A stretch of DNA of 64,000 nt. It comes from an uncultured delta proteobacterium. Lineage in GTDB: Bacteria > Desulfobacterota > Syntrophia > Syntrophales > UBA2192. Positions within the stretch are counted from its first letter, which is position 1. Each line of letters opens with the position of its first letter. The position numbers and the translations under genes are program-made. Location: assembly GCA_963705165.1 (NCBI GenBank), contig CAVPJD010000008.1, forward strand, positions 96,001 to 160,000, in the 5' to 3' direction. Shown here in pieces: positions 8,772-18,954 of the stretch. The notes below the pieces were generated by a model. It was not told where the DNA came from and did no database searches. It saw only the letters and a list, made by a program, of their open reading frames with translations.

Positions 8772-9032
8772 GTGGACGATCACATCGCCCTGGACCAGCT
8801 CGAGGCGCTGGCGTACGGCCTCGGGATCGAGGTCCGGTACGAGAAAATCCCGCAGGACGATGTCACGATCTCCGGGGGGCTCTACCGGCTGAAGGGGAAG
8901 AACGTCATCGTCATCGACTCGCGGGCAAAGGCGAAGGACCGCATCCGGACCCTGGTGCAGGCCCTCAAGCCCTTCGATCTCACCAACGTCTACATCCGCC
9001 CCGCCCTGCGGGAGCTGCTGGAGAGAGAGTGA
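8772..9032 (+). CDS. Hypothetical protein resembling the IrrE/ImmA N-terminus but lacking HExxH
   Basis: GGAGGGAG RBS, GTG start; LGIEVRYE...GGLYRLKG..VIVID. Confidence 0.75.
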   Translation: MDDHIALDQLEALAYGLGIEVRYEKIPQDDVTISGGLYRLKGKNVIVIDSRAKAKDRIRTLVQALKPFDLTNVYIRPALRELLERE

Positions 9033-9038
9033 GGCGCC

Positions 9039-9356
9039 TTACTTCGCCTCCCCCGTTGTCGGCATTGCGGCCACTCCCGCCTTGAAGCTGAAATCCCCGA
9101 GGGGCCTGAAGAAGGTGTACTTGAAGGGCTCCTCCACGAGCAGCTGCCCCGTCTTTTCTACGCTGCCGCTTGGAATGGAGAAGGGCAGCGCGACGACGTA
9201 AATCACCGTGCCGAAGACGACGGAGACAAGGCCCACGGGCCTCGCGATGAGGACGTCGGCCACGATCCCCATGCCGTCCGTGGCCTCGCCGAAAGCCGGC
9301 GCCGTGCTCACGATCAGGGCACAGACCACGAGCATTGCAATCGATGTCTTTTTCAT
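9039..9356 (-). CDS. Small exported/membrane hypothetical protein
   Basis: AAGGAGG RBS; signal peptide; ADVLIARPVG...ALPFS...YTFFRPLG. Confidence 0.8.
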   Translation of the reverse strand: MKKTSIAMLVVCALIVSTAPAFGEATDGMGIVADVLIARPVGLVSVVFGTVIYVVALPFSIPSGSVEKTGQLLVEEPFKYTFFRPLGDFSFKAGVAAMPTTGEAK

Positions 9357-9487
9357 GAACAAACCTCCTTGAGAACCTCTTTTTCGATCCAGATCATTCT
9401 CTTCGACTGCAGTTTCGCCTTCCCGCCGCCGAATGTCAATACGACAAGAGCATGATTTCCGCCTACGAATATTTTCCGATGCCGGCC

Positions 9488-10597
9488 TCATCCGGGCTTC
9501 CTACTCCGTGAAATGCCGGTCCGTCTCCTTTTCACCGCAGTCAAGAATGCGACCTCCCCTGAAGACACCGGCGTGTTGCGTTTCAGCGCCTCCCGGTACA
9601 GAGCCAGATTCTCATCGAGCATCTCCGGGATGGGCAGCTCATAGGGGCACCGTTCGATGCAAGCCCCGCACTGGTCGCAATTCTCGGCACTTTTCAGGGC
9701 ATCCCGGGAGAAATTCAAGGCGAAATCTCCCTGGAACCGCTTGAGGATGGACTTGAAGCCCACTGCCTCGGGGATCCGGACCCCTTTTTCGCAGGGCAGG
9801 CAGTAGCCGCAGCGGTGACAGAACCGCGTCCCCAGGTCGGCCCGGATCTTGTCCATGTCGGCACGGTCCGCCTGGCTGAGTTTCCGCCGCTTTTCATACA
9901 GGGCCACGATCTCGTCCATCTCCGCCTTCGAAATCACGCCCGGATTCGGGATCACCTGGGGATACTGCTGCAGGAATCTCATGCACAGATCCGGCCGCTG
10001 CAACAGCCCCCCGCCAAGGGGCTTCATGCCGATCACCCCCATACCCATCTCATCGGCCACGCCAAAGAGTTCCTCGGCCGCCTCCGTCTCGATAAAGTTG
10101 AAGGGGATCTGCACGGTCGAAAACAGGCCCCGGCGGCACACACCGGCAGCAAATTTCACATTATGGGAGGAAAAACCGATGAAGCGGACCGTGCCGTCCT
10201 TCCGGGCTTTTTCCACCGCCCTGTAGGCGCCATCGGGGGCAAGGACCTGGGCAAGTGTTGCGTCGTTGGAGACATTGTGCAGCTGGTAGATGTCGATGCG
10301 GTCGGTCGTGAGGTTTTCGAGGCTCTGCCAGATGTGCTTTTCCGCCGTCTCCTTATCCCTCTTGAGGGTCTTGGTCGCAATGACGACCTTGTCCCGGACG
10401 CCGCTCAACGCCTTTCCGACTTTCTTTTCGCTGTCCCCGTACACGTTGGCCGTGTCGAAAAAGGTGATCCCTAGATCGTAGCAGTGGCGCACGACTTCGG
10501 CGCCTTCCTCGAGGGGCAGCGGGATGATGGGGATCCCGCCGAACCCGATTTCCGAAACGATCAGCCCCGTGCCTCCCAGTTTCACTTTCTTCATCAT
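9488..10597 (-). CDS. Aldo/keto reductase with C-terminal 4Fe-4S ferredoxin domain
   Basis: FDTANVYG, IATK, DIYQLH; CHRCGYCLPC and CDQCGACIERCP. Confidence 0.93.
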   Translation of the reverse strand: MMKKVKLGGTGLIVSEIGFGGIPIIPLPLEEGAEVVRHCYDLGITFFDTANVYGDSEKKVGKALSGVRDKVVIATKTLKRDKETAEKHIWQSLENLTTDRIDIYQLHNVSNDATLAQVLAPDGAYRAVEKARKDGTVRFIGFSSHNVKFAAGVCRRGLFSTVQIPFNFIETEAAEELFGVADEMGMGVIGMKPLGGGLLQRPDLCMRFLQQYPQVIPNPGVISKAEMDEIVALYEKRRKLSQADRADMDKIRADLGTRFCHRCGYCLPCEKGVRIPEAVGFKSILKRFQGDFALNFSRDALKSAENCDQCGACIERCPYELPIPEMLDENLALYREALKRNTPVSSGEVAFLTAVKRRRTGISRSRKPG

Positions 10598-10652
10598 TTT
10601 CTTCCTTCCGTTTACAGGATTCCGGTGACGATCCGCCGCGGCCACCTCACGA

Positions 10653-11319
10653 TCAGTCAACCCAGTGAACGATCTCCCTGAGCTCCGCCCTCTTCCTCTC
10701 GAACCGGTTGAGGGGATAGTCCGGATCGGGGTGCCCCAGGGCGATCGCCACGACGATCCGCCGGTCATCGGGGATAGAGGCGATCTTCCGTAACCGGTCG
10801 GGGTACCGCACCGCGGCCGCCATGATGCAGGTTCCGAGACCCTTTCCATGGGCGAGCAGGCAGATCGACTGCACGACTAGCCCCACGTCGAGCATGGCGT
10901 ATTCGACAAGCGATTCCCTCGTGGATGCAGGCAACGATCATGCAGGGCGCACCGAAGAGAGACGCCATGCGTGCGTAAAGCTGATTGCGGGCATCCTTGT
11001 CCGCCCGGTTGATCCCCAGCATGTCCAGCATTCCCTTGCCCAGCTCGCCGTAGCGCGCTTTCAGCGCTGCAGGCCAGGTATCCGGCATGGGGACGTCCGG
11101 TGAGGAGGGGAGTTCCTCCTCCAGCATGCGCCCATTGTCTTCCTTGAATTCCGCCAGGGGCCTTCCCGTCAGCACGTAAAACTCCCAGGGCTGCGTGTTC
11201 CCCCAGGAGGGTGACCAGCGGGCCGCATCGAGGATCTCCTCGACGATGACCTCGGGAACCTCTTTGTCGGTGAACTTCCGGATGCTTCTCCTGCCTCTCA
11301 CAGCCGCTTCCAGTTCCAT
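10653..11319 (-). pseudogene. Nitroreductase, frameshifted near 10922
   Basis: RRSIRKF and SPSWGNTQPW in one frame; EYAMLDVG...GLGTC...IALGHPD in another. Removing one base restores CIPRESLVEY. Confidence 0.8.
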
Positions 11320-11428
11320 GGCCCGCCTCCTGCTCAACGTCAAAATGGATTTTTCTGCCCGCCCTGGCCGATGATACTCCCCTGCTGCATCAAAGGGAAC
11401 GGCCCTCGCGAAGGTTCCCCGCCTGAGG

Positions 11429-12763
11429 TTACCGCGGATCGGTCCTTTCGAGTTCCGGATCGATCAGGCGGATGAGCTTCTGTCGGACCATCTCAATGTG
11501 CTCTTTCAGGATGAAGACTTCATCATAGAAGGCCACCGACACGCGGATCTTGCAGACAGCTTCCTCGATCCGATCCAGCCTCGCGTGGTAGCCCTCGACC
11601 CGCTCCGGGCGCTGATGCTCCTTCAGCTCCTCCTCGAGTTCCCTGAGCTCGCGATACCAGCGATAGTACTTCGAACGGTTCCGCCACGTGTAGAACCACG
11701 GCAGGATCCCGATCAAGGGGACCAGCACAATCCCGATCGAGATCAGGACCAGCAGCATGCGATCGACAATAGTGGCCGCCCAGAATGGCAGGTAGCCGTG
11801 GAGCCAGGAGCCGCCTGACCGGTAGAACCGCTGCGCCTGCTCGCTGATCGGGAAATCCTGCGTTTTCATCGACGGGAACTCCCCCGCCCTGTGGACCCAG
11901 CCGGCCCCGCCGTGGATCTCGACGGCGGCCTTCAGGAGAAGGTATGCCAGTGCCGGGTGCAGGTTCTTCTGCACCAGCAGATTGGTCGTTGGGGCCAGCA
12001 GGTGGATGTCGGATGCCGGAAATCGCTTCGACAGGCCGAGAATCCCCTTCGGCAGGACCACGTGGGACAGATGAGGAAAGAGCCGCGTGTAGGCCTCGGC
12101 CTGGCTCATGCTCATCAGCTTGATGCCCGGCGCGGTGATCAGCTCCCTGACCAGCGCGCTGTCGGTGGAGCCGAAGGTCAGGACCGCGTCCACCTTACCC
12201 TCCATGAGCGCCCGTCCCGCCTCGGGGTTGGGGTACTCGTGCAGGACCGCAGGCGGGACGGAGACGTTGGCCGCCTTCAGCAGATCGAGAGAGATCTTTC
12301 GCACGCCGCTTCCCTCCGGGCCGATGCTGACCCGCTTTCCCCTGAGCTGCGAGAGGTCATCGAGCGTTTCGTCGCCCCGGTAAAAGACCCAAAGAGGGGT
12401 ATAGAAGATGCTGCCGAGAGACTCGAGATTCGCGGCATCCTCCGGTTTTCCCATGCCGTCCTGGACGAATCCTGCATCGACGGACCGGGACTCATCTTTC
12501 AGGCGCCTGAGATTATCCACGGCGCCCGTTGAAGGAAGCAGTTTCAGATGGACCCCGTCGCGGGCCAGAATCTGGCGGTAGCGCTCACCAAAGATGACAA
12601 AGGAGCCGCCTTCCATTCCCGTCGTCATGCTCAGCGTTCTTGGCGGAACGGGTTGGATGAAACGATAGCTCGCCCAGCCGACGAACACGATGATCAGCAG
12701 GACCGGGATCAGGATAAACAACGCGGTTTTCGGGGTCAGTTCTCTGATCTTGTTTCGTCTCAT
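11429..12763 (-). CDS. TAXI-family TRAP solute-binding protein with C-terminal TM extension
   Basis: STGAVDNL, GFVQDG and LRGKRVSIGPEGSG motifs; YLPFW C-terminal membrane segment. Confidence 0.85.
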   Translation of the reverse strand: MRRNKIRELTPKTALFILIPVLLIIVFVGWASYRFIQPVPPRTLSMTTGMEGGSFVIFGERYRQILARDGVHLKLLPSTGAVDNLRRLKDESRSVDAGFVQDGMGKPEDAANLESLGSIFYTPLWVFYRGDETLDDLSQLRGKRVSIGPEGSGVRKISLDLLKAANVSVPPAVLHEYPNPEAGRALMEGKVDAVLTFGSTDSALVRELITAPGIKLMSMSQAEAYTRLFPHLSHVVLPKGILGLSKRFPASDIHLLAPTTNLLVQKNLHPALAYLLLKAAVEIHGGAGWVHRAGEFPSMKTQDFPISEQAQRFYRSGGSWLHGYLPFWAATIVDRMLLVLISIGIVLVPLIGILPWFYTWRNRSKYYRWYRELRELEEELKEHQRPERVEGYHARLDRIEEAVCKIRVSVAFYDEVFILKEHIEMVRQKLIRLIDPELERTDPR

Positions 12764-12877
12764 TGCGGATTCTCATCTCGGCGTATCTCTCATCTCGCAC
12801 GCTCCGAAAGCAAAGGGATTTCCCTCCCGTCTCTCTCGAAGATCGCGCTTCGCGCAAACGTCCGACGGCAGTCGGCT

Positions 12878-13753
12878 CTACCCCTTGAGGTACTTGCCGA
12901 ACCAGGCGATGCAACGGCCCCAGGCGTCTTTGGCGGCCTCGGCGCGGTAGCTCGGCCGGTAGTCGGCGAAAAAGGCGTGCGGCGCCCCCGGGTAGATCAC
13001 GAACTCGGCCGTCTGGCCTGCCGCTTTCATCGCCGCCTCCAGCGCCTTGACATCGGCCACGGGAATGCCCAGGTCCTCGGCGCCGTAAAGACCCAACACA
13101 GGCGCGTTGATCCTGGCCGCCACATCGAGCGGCCCCACGGTGCGCACACCGGGTGTCAGGGCCGGCCGCAGCTGGCCGTACCAGGGGACGGCCGCCTTCA
13201 GCTCCCGGCTGTGGGCGGCATAGAGGAGCGTGTACATCCCGCCGCGGCAGAATCCCGTCATCCCGACCCGGTCGGGCCGTGCGGACGGCTGTTTTTTGGC
13301 CCAGGCCACGATGGCATCGAGGTCGGCCATGACCCGGGCATCGGGGACGGGGTCCACGACCTTGCGCACGGCGTCGAGGTCGGGCAGATGCTGCACGCCT
13401 CCCTCCCTCGCATAGGGCTCGAAGGTGACGGCCAGGAATCCCTCCCGGGCAAATCTTCGCGTCACGTCCCGGATGTGCTCGTGCATTCCGAATACCTCCG
13501 GGATGACCACGACCACCGGGTATTTCCCCGGCGCTGCGGGCCGCGCCTCATAGATGGGGACCTGGAACCCGGCAGAGAGCACCGCGGCATCGGCGGTGAT
13601 AAGGCCCTCCGCGGAGGTGGCAACGACCTTCCCCGCCACCGGGGTTGCGGCGATGGCAAACCCCGCGAGCCCGACGCCTGCCACACCCACCTTCGCGAGA
13701 AACTCCCGCCGCGACAATCCTTCATACGCATTTGCCAGCCAGTCTTCGACCAT
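12878..13753 (-). CDS. Dienelactone hydrolase family protein with Tat-like signal
   Basis: SRREFL; PEVFG, GFCRGG and PHAF motifs. Confidence 0.93.
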   Translation of the reverse strand: MVEDWLANAYEGLSRREFLAKVGVAGVGLAGFAIAATPVAGKVVATSAEGLITADAAVLSAGFQVPIYEARPAAPGKYPVVVVIPEVFGMHEHIRDVTRRFAREGFLAVTFEPYAREGGVQHLPDLDAVRKVVDPVPDARVMADLDAIVAWAKKQPSARPDRVGMTGFCRGGMYTLLYAAHSRELKAAVPWYGQLRPALTPGVRTVGPLDVAARINAPVLGLYGAEDLGIPVADVKALEAAMKAAGQTAEFVIYPGAPHAFFADYRPSYRAEAAKDAWGRCIAWFGKYLKG

Positions 13754-14300
13754 AGGAACCTCCTTTTTTGACAATGGAATCATTATTATAATGAGGAAAA
13801 TGCGCACCTGCCACTGTTTTTGTCTCCTGATTTTTGAGCCTGCTTTTCCGTTGCCGTATCATGTAGAATGAATGAGTGTACGGATCCGGTTGCGTTGTCG
13901 CCATTGAAAACGCAAATCCGCCTGCTCACGGTAAACCAAACACGCCGTGAAACGTTTATCTGAATATAGTGTGTTTTACGCGGGCATGTCCCGTGAGGTC
14001 GCGGCAGTTTTTCCCGTCCGTGACTGGTGGGAACGGGATTAAAATTCCTCGCACCAAGGTGCCAGGAATTTAGAAATTTATTTTGCTAATTGGTTTATCT
14101 GTTATTATGCTCGATTACCCCGCAGCAACGTTCGACAAGCTCACGTCAGGCGCTGCGGGGACCGGGGGCGCATCCCGTCAGGGTGCGCAATCATGTCTAG
14201 TCCTTACATTACCGGGAAGCCACGCTGTGCGGAATCAGGCTTCAATGCGCGTGCAATCGTTTTCAACACACGCGGTCGGTAATTTGAAGTCCAACGGGGA

Positions 14301-15767
14301 ATGACCATGAACGCATTGAAATCCTTTCGAAATATGCTTGTCTGGCTCCTGGTCCTGCTGATGGCGATGCCGTCGCCGATCTTTGCCCAGGATAGCAAGA
14401 CAGCTCCAAAGAAGTTCTCCCAGGAGGAACTGGACCAGGTGCTGGCACCCGTCGCGCTGTATCCGGATTCGCTCCTTGCCCAGGTCTTCATCGCCGCCAC
14501 CTATCCCCTGGAAGTGGTGACGGCAGACCGCTGGGTCAAGCAGAACAAGGACCTCAAGGGGGAGGCGCTGAACAATGCCCTGGACAAGCAGCCCTGGGAT
14601 GCCAGCGTGAAGGCCCTCGTTCCTGTCCCCGATGTACTCTCGATGATGAGCCAGAAGCTGGACTGGACCCAGAAGGTGGGTGACGCATTCCTTGAGCAGC
14701 AGGCCGATGTCATGGACACCGTTCAGAAACTCCGGAAAAGAGCAGCCGATGCGGGAAACCTGAAGTCCACGGAACAGCAGAAAGTGATCGTGGAACGGGA
14801 AGTCATCCGGGTCGAGCCGGTCCATCCGCAGGTGGTCTACGTGCCCGTCTACGACCCCTGGTGGGTCTACGGGCCCTGGTGGTTGCCTGCCTATCCTCCC
14901 TATGTCGTCTATCCATATCCAGCCGGGGTGGCGATCGCCCCCGGGCAGATCTGGTTCGGGGCTGGCCCCTTCGTGGGGGCTTACTGGGGCAACTGGGGGT
15001 ACTGGGGCTGGCACAATCATGCATTCTATGTGAACCGGAATTACTATGCCCATGGCGGGTCCGTCGGCGCAGCCTTCGCAGGCGGTCATGGCGGCTCCGG
15101 CAGCGGGGCTGTCGGCGGAGCCGTCGCAACGCAGCCCTGGACGCATAACCCCGTCCATCGGGGAGGGGTTGCTTACCGGAACCAGGTCACCCGGGAACGG
15201 TTCGGACAGCAGGCAAACCGTGCAGCCGTGGAGAGCAGGCGGAATTTCCGAGGGTATGAAGGAAACTGGATCGAACGGGGTGCCAGGGCCGGCAGGACGA
15301 GCGGCGCGCCCGGCACCACTGGCAGACCCGATAGCGTGGCCGGGAGAACCGGAAGACCGGATACCATGGCCAGCCGGTCGGGCAGACCCGACAGCATGAC
15401 CAACAGAACGGGAAGACCCGATTCAGTCACCGGCCGGACAGGCAGAACCTCGGGAAGGCCTGATGCCGCCATGTCCCAGCCGTCCGCGGGTCGCCAGGCC
15501 CAGGACGGCACAGTGCGACCCTCCACGGTGGAGCGGAGCCGCTCGGGCCAGGTCTTCGAGGGTATCGGCAGGGGCAGCGAAGTCCAGCGGCAGAGCAACT
15601 GGGGCAGGGAAAGCCTGAACGCCGCGAGATCCAGCGGCGGTACGGTCGGTGATGCCATACGCGGCGGGGCGCGAGGCGGAGCCGAGCGAGGAGGCTTCGG
15701 CGGGGCCAGTGGCGGAGCCGGGAGAGGTGCTGTCGGCGGAGGCTTTGGGCGAGGCGGTCACCGGTAA
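14301..15767 (+). CDS. DUF3300 domain protein with Gly/Arg-rich repetitive tail
   Basis: ELDQVLAPVALYPDSLLAQ, WDASVKAL and YVPVYDP motifs. Confidence 0.9.
   Translation: MTMNALKSFRNMLVWLLVLLMAMPSPIFAQDSKTAPKKFSQEELDQVLAPVALYPDSLLAQVFIAATYPLEVVTADRWVKQNKDLKGEALNNALDKQPWDASVKALVPVPDVLSMMSQKLDWTQKVGDAFLEQQADVMDTVQKLRKRAADAGNLKSTEQQKVIVEREVIRVEPVHPQVVYVPVYDPWWVYGPWWLPAYPPYVVYPYPAGVAIAPGQIWFGAGPFVGAYWGNWGYWGWHNHAFYVNRNYYAHGGSVGAAFAGGHGGSGSGAVGGAVATQPWTHNPVHRGGVAYRNQVTRERFGQQANRAAVESRRNFRGYEGNWIERGARAGRTSGAPGTTGRPDSVAGRTGRPDTMASRSGRPDSMTNRTGRPDSVTGRTGRTSGRPDAAMSQPSAGRQAQDGTVRPSTVERSRSGQVFEGIGRGSEVQRQSNWGRESLNAARSSGGTVGDAIRGGARGGAERGGFGGASGGAGRGAVGGGFGRGGHR
15321..15440 (+). repeat. Four in-frame 30-nt repeats encoding GRPD[ST]xxxR[TS]
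   Basis: GGCAGACCCGAT / GGAAGACCGGAT / GGCAGACCCGAC / GGAAGACCCGAT at 30-nt period. Confidence 0.8.
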
Positions 15768-15815
15768 ACGGAAAGCAAAGGTTCAACAGGCCGGGCAGGT
15801 TTTGCGCCGGCATTC

Positions 15816-16997
15816 TCAGGATCCGGACGCAAGGCGGTAGGGCGTCTTCAGGTATTGCCTGGCCTCCACCTTCGCAATGCTCTCCCCGCTCTCGACGGCC
15901 AGGGCCTTGGAATAGAACTCCATGGCCTGCTCCCGCTCGTTGCGAACGTCGTGGATCATCCCCAGGCGCACATAGGACCAGACCCTGACGCGGGCGTTAT
16001 AGTCGGAGGTGTCCATCAGGGATCTTAGGAAATAGTCTTCGGCCCTGGCATAGTCGCCCTGGTTGAGGTAAATCCTTCCCATCAGCTGGTCATGGCGGGA
16101 CTTGAGCTGCGGCGCGAAGGGCGGTTTTCCCGAGGTGATGCCCTTCTCGAGATCCCTGGCGATGGCCAGGGCCTCCCTGAACTGCTTGAGCTCAGACAGG
16201 ACATTGGCCAGGGCAAAGGAAAAATTGTAATTCCGGGGATACTTCTTCTGCAGCTCCCGGGCGAGAGGCAACGCCCGGGCAGGCTGCTTCTCGAAATTCA
16301 GATACACCGAGATGAGCTCGGACCGGGCAAGATCCCGGAGAAGGTCTCCCCGTGTCGCCGCCCGCTCCAGGTCCTGCAGCCCCCTGCGGCTGTCCCCCTG
16401 CGTGATCAACAGGGAAGAGAGGAAGCGCGACAGGTCGGGCAGATGGTCGATGTGGTAGCGGATCAGGCCCGTCAGCAGATAGCTGTCGTGATTCTCCGGA
16501 TCTTCCTGCTGCGCCCTCTCCAGGCAGGACCAGAGGCCATAGGCCTCCTGTGCTGCCGTGACCGGCTGTTTTTGCCTCAGGGCCCAGCGAAACTTCGCCA
16601 TCCTGGCCAGGGCCATGGCAAAGTATGCCTGGCCGTCCCGGGGATTTTTCCCGACCCGTTGCTCCCCCCGGGCCAGGGCCTTCGCGACACTGCTCAGCAT
16701 GGCCTCCTGGCTCGCCTCCCTCTGCTTCGCATCGAAGCTGACCTCGGAGCCGAAAAGGTGGTTCACCGCCAAAAAGGCATAGCCTGTCGGGTCTTCCGGG
16801 TCCAACTCCACGGCCTTCTGGAGTATAGCGTCGGCGCCCGGGTAGTCCATGTTGAATGCCCTGTCAATTCCCTGCCGCAGGATGGCGCGCATCCCGGCCG
16901 GCTGAAGCGACGAGGCCCCGGCCTCCGTGCCTGCAGCGACCAGCATGGCAATACCACAGAGGACAGTAAAAAGGATTGCGGTAACTCTTTTTCTCAT
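15816..16997 (-). CDS. Exported TPR protein
   Basis: Signal peptide; KAVELDPEDP and GRIYLNQGDYARAEDYF helical repeats. Confidence 0.85.
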   Translation of the reverse strand: MRKRVTAILFTVLCGIAMLVAAGTEAGASSLQPAGMRAILRQGIDRAFNMDYPGADAILQKAVELDPEDPTGYAFLAVNHLFGSEVSFDAKQREASQEAMLSSVAKALARGEQRVGKNPRDGQAYFAMALARMAKFRWALRQKQPVTAAQEAYGLWSCLERAQQEDPENHDSYLLTGLIRYHIDHLPDLSRFLSSLLITQGDSRRGLQDLERAATRGDLLRDLARSELISVYLNFEKQPARALPLARELQKKYPRNYNFSFALANVLSELKQFREALAIARDLEKGITSGKPPFAPQLKSRHDQLMGRIYLNQGDYARAEDYFLRSLMDTSDYNARVRVWSYVRLGMIHDVRNEREQAMEFYSKALAVESGESIAKVEARQYLKTPYRLASGS

Positions 16998-17106
16998 CGT
17001 ATTGCGTATTGCCCGTTGTTTACAGCCCTTTATTCTTCCCGAATCCCTCTTTTCTTACACTAGCCACAAACCACTAGTCACTTCTGCGCTGCTGCGAAGC
17101 ATCCGT

Positions 17107-18306
17107 TCAGGTCAGGTTGATCACCGTGATCTCCGGCCTTGCGTTGAGCCTTACGGGGGTGAAGGTCGTGCCGATCCCGCGGCTCACGTAGAGGTGAGAA
17201 TCGCCGATGCGGTAGAGCCCCTCGGGCCAAGGGGTCCGCAGATGGGCGAGGCTCAGGTCCCCTCCCGGCAGGCTCAATTTGATCTGCCCCCCGTGGTAGT
17301 GGCCCGACAGCGTCAATGCAATCCCCTGCCCGGCGGCCTCCGGAAAGATCTCCGGGCGGTGAGAAAGCAGGATCGTCGGGATGGCCGGGTCCAGCCCCCT
17401 CAGGGCGGCATCCAGGTCGTGGTTGCCGAACCGCATGTCATCGATCCCGGCAACGGCGAAGGGCCCCTTTTCGGTCCGGATCACCCGGTGCGCATTGTAG
17501 AGCAGCGGAACCCCGTGCTGGCGGAAAAGCGCCTTGAGCCGGCTGATGCTGCCGACCCAGTGCTCGTGATTGCCCAGGGTGGCAAACGTGCCGTAGCGGG
17601 CCTTGACACGGGCCATCTCCTCCAGGCAGCCCGGAAGAAAGGCAATCGAATTCGAGACGTAGTCCCCTGTGAGAACGAAAAGATCGGGCTCGAGCGCGAT
17701 TGCCGCATCGGCATAGCGCCGCAGATCGTCCCGGGTCATGTAGAGGCCGGCATGGTGGTCGGTGAGTTGTACTACCCTCAACGGCAGGCCGAAGGGCAGC
17801 GTGAGCTCTCGCACCTCGTGAGACCTTCCGGCCCAGGCAGCGCCGTAGCCGGAAAGGACAAGGGGCGCTGCGGCAAGCGCCCCCGCTCCGGCCTGAAGGA
17901 ACCGGCGTCGCTCCGGGTCCGCGGGGGGCCCTTCTGCAGGGCGGGCCGGGTTGCGACAGCGCCCGATGATCGCTTGCCCCAGAAAGCCTGCGGCCTGCGA
18001 GCAGACGAGAAGCAGGGCCGACAGGATCGAGCCGATGCCCCAGACGGCCGGCAGATAGAAGAAGAGGATCTGAACGAAGGCGGGTGGGTCGACCCAGGGG
18101 ATGGGTTTGAGCAGGATCAGCACGTTCATGGCAAAGAGAAGGCCGATGAGCGCCCCCGCAAGGACGACGGCCAGGGATTTGAAGAGCGCCGACCTCTCCG
18201 AGGACCGGATAGCGTGCCGGATGCGTAAGAAGAGGTATATCTGGGCGAATACCGCGAGACTGACGACGATGAACCGAAGGGTGCCGAAGGTCAATGTGGG
18301 TGCCAT
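17107..18306 (-). CDS. Membrane-anchored metallophosphoesterase (YkuE-like)
   Basis: TDHH, TGD, LGNHE, LSHRP, SGHYHGGQ and VSRGIG motifs. Confidence 0.92.
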   Translation of the reverse strand: MAPTLTFGTLRFIVVSLAVFAQIYLFLRIRHAIRSSERSALFKSLAVVLAGALIGLLFAMNVLILLKPIPWVDPPAFVQILFFYLPAVWGIGSILSALLLVCSQAAGFLGQAIIGRCRNPARPAEGPPADPERRRFLQAGAGALAAAPLVLSGYGAAWAGRSHEVRELTLPFGLPLRVVQLTDHHAGLYMTRDDLRRYADAAIALEPDLFVLTGDYVSNSIAFLPGCLEEMARVKARYGTFATLGNHEHWVGSISRLKALFRQHGVPLLYNAHRVIRTEKGPFAVAGIDDMRFGNHDLDAALRGLDPAIPTILLSHRPEIFPEAAGQGIALTLSGHYHGGQIKLSLPGGDLSLAHLRTPWPEGLYRIGDSHLYVSRGIGTTFTPVRLNARPEITVINLT

Positions 18307-18360
18307 AAGTCGATGGCCCAATGTGCCACAGATTCAAGCCGCCCGCAACCGGAGAGATTA

Positions 18361-18463
18361 GAGAGGTTGAGAAGGTGAGAGGGTAAGAAGGTTGGATATG
18401 CCGCCAGCCAATCGCATGTCCTCATTTTTCCAACCTTCTCACCCTCAAACCCTCTTAACTTCT
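18361..18463. repeat. Facing arrays of degenerate 8-mers (GAGAAGGT-like and its complement)
   Basis: gagaggtt gagaaggt gagagggt aagaaggt ... accttctc accctcaa accctctt aacttc. Confidence 0.7.
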
Positions 18464-18629
18464 GCCTTTCGCGGCCTCCATCAGCGCCTGTCTGATGGCA
18501 TCCTCAGACGGCGTCTGCGGGAAGGGAGTCCTTCCGTCTTAGACCACATTCAGACAGGCGCCGATTTTGTTTCTGCGAAAAATATCGATAATAAACTTAA
18601 CGAAAGGGAACAAGCCAAAGAGAAGAGTC

Positions 18630-18761
18630 ATGATGACCCGGATTCACAAAGCAGCAGAAGGCAGGATTCAAACAGACCCCCGGATCAACCTGATGGGCGA
18701 ACGGGTGGACAGGGTGTGGGCGGACCCCATCCTGAACCCACGCAAGGACATCGATCGCTGA
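18630..18761 (+). CDS. Small hypothetical protein (43 aa)
   Basis: MMTRIHKAAEGRIQTDPRINLMGERVDRVWADPILNPRKDIDR; purine-rich upstream sequence. Confidence 0.45.
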   Translation: MMTRIHKAAEGRIQTDPRINLMGERVDRVWADPILNPRKDIDR

Positions 18762-18797
18762 TCCCCGGGCAACGAAACCAATCAAGGAGGTATCGTC

Positions 18798-18905
18798 ATG
18801 AAGGAGAAAGCCAAGAACGTGAAGACCGACCGGAAATTCTGGAACGACCCGATGAGCTTCCCCGTCTTTGGGCCAAAACGCAGCAAGCAGGAAGAGGGAA
18901 AGTAA
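18798..18905 (+). CDS. Small hypothetical protein (35 aa)
   Basis: AAGGAGGT RBS 6 nt upstream; MKEKAKNVKTDRKFWNDPMSFPVFGPKRSKQEEGK; followed by a terminator. Confidence 0.65.
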   Translation: MKEKAKNVKTDRKFWNDPMSFPVFGPKRSKQEEGK

Positions 18906-18954
18906 GGGACCCGGCGAAAGCCGACTACAATACAACTTGTGACATTTCCTGTGC

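Noticed and set aside
15321..15440. CRISPR-like periodicity in the DUF3300 repeats and in the 38036-38129 direct repeat
   Set aside because: These are in-frame coding repeats or only two copies. There are no unique spacers and no cas genes.
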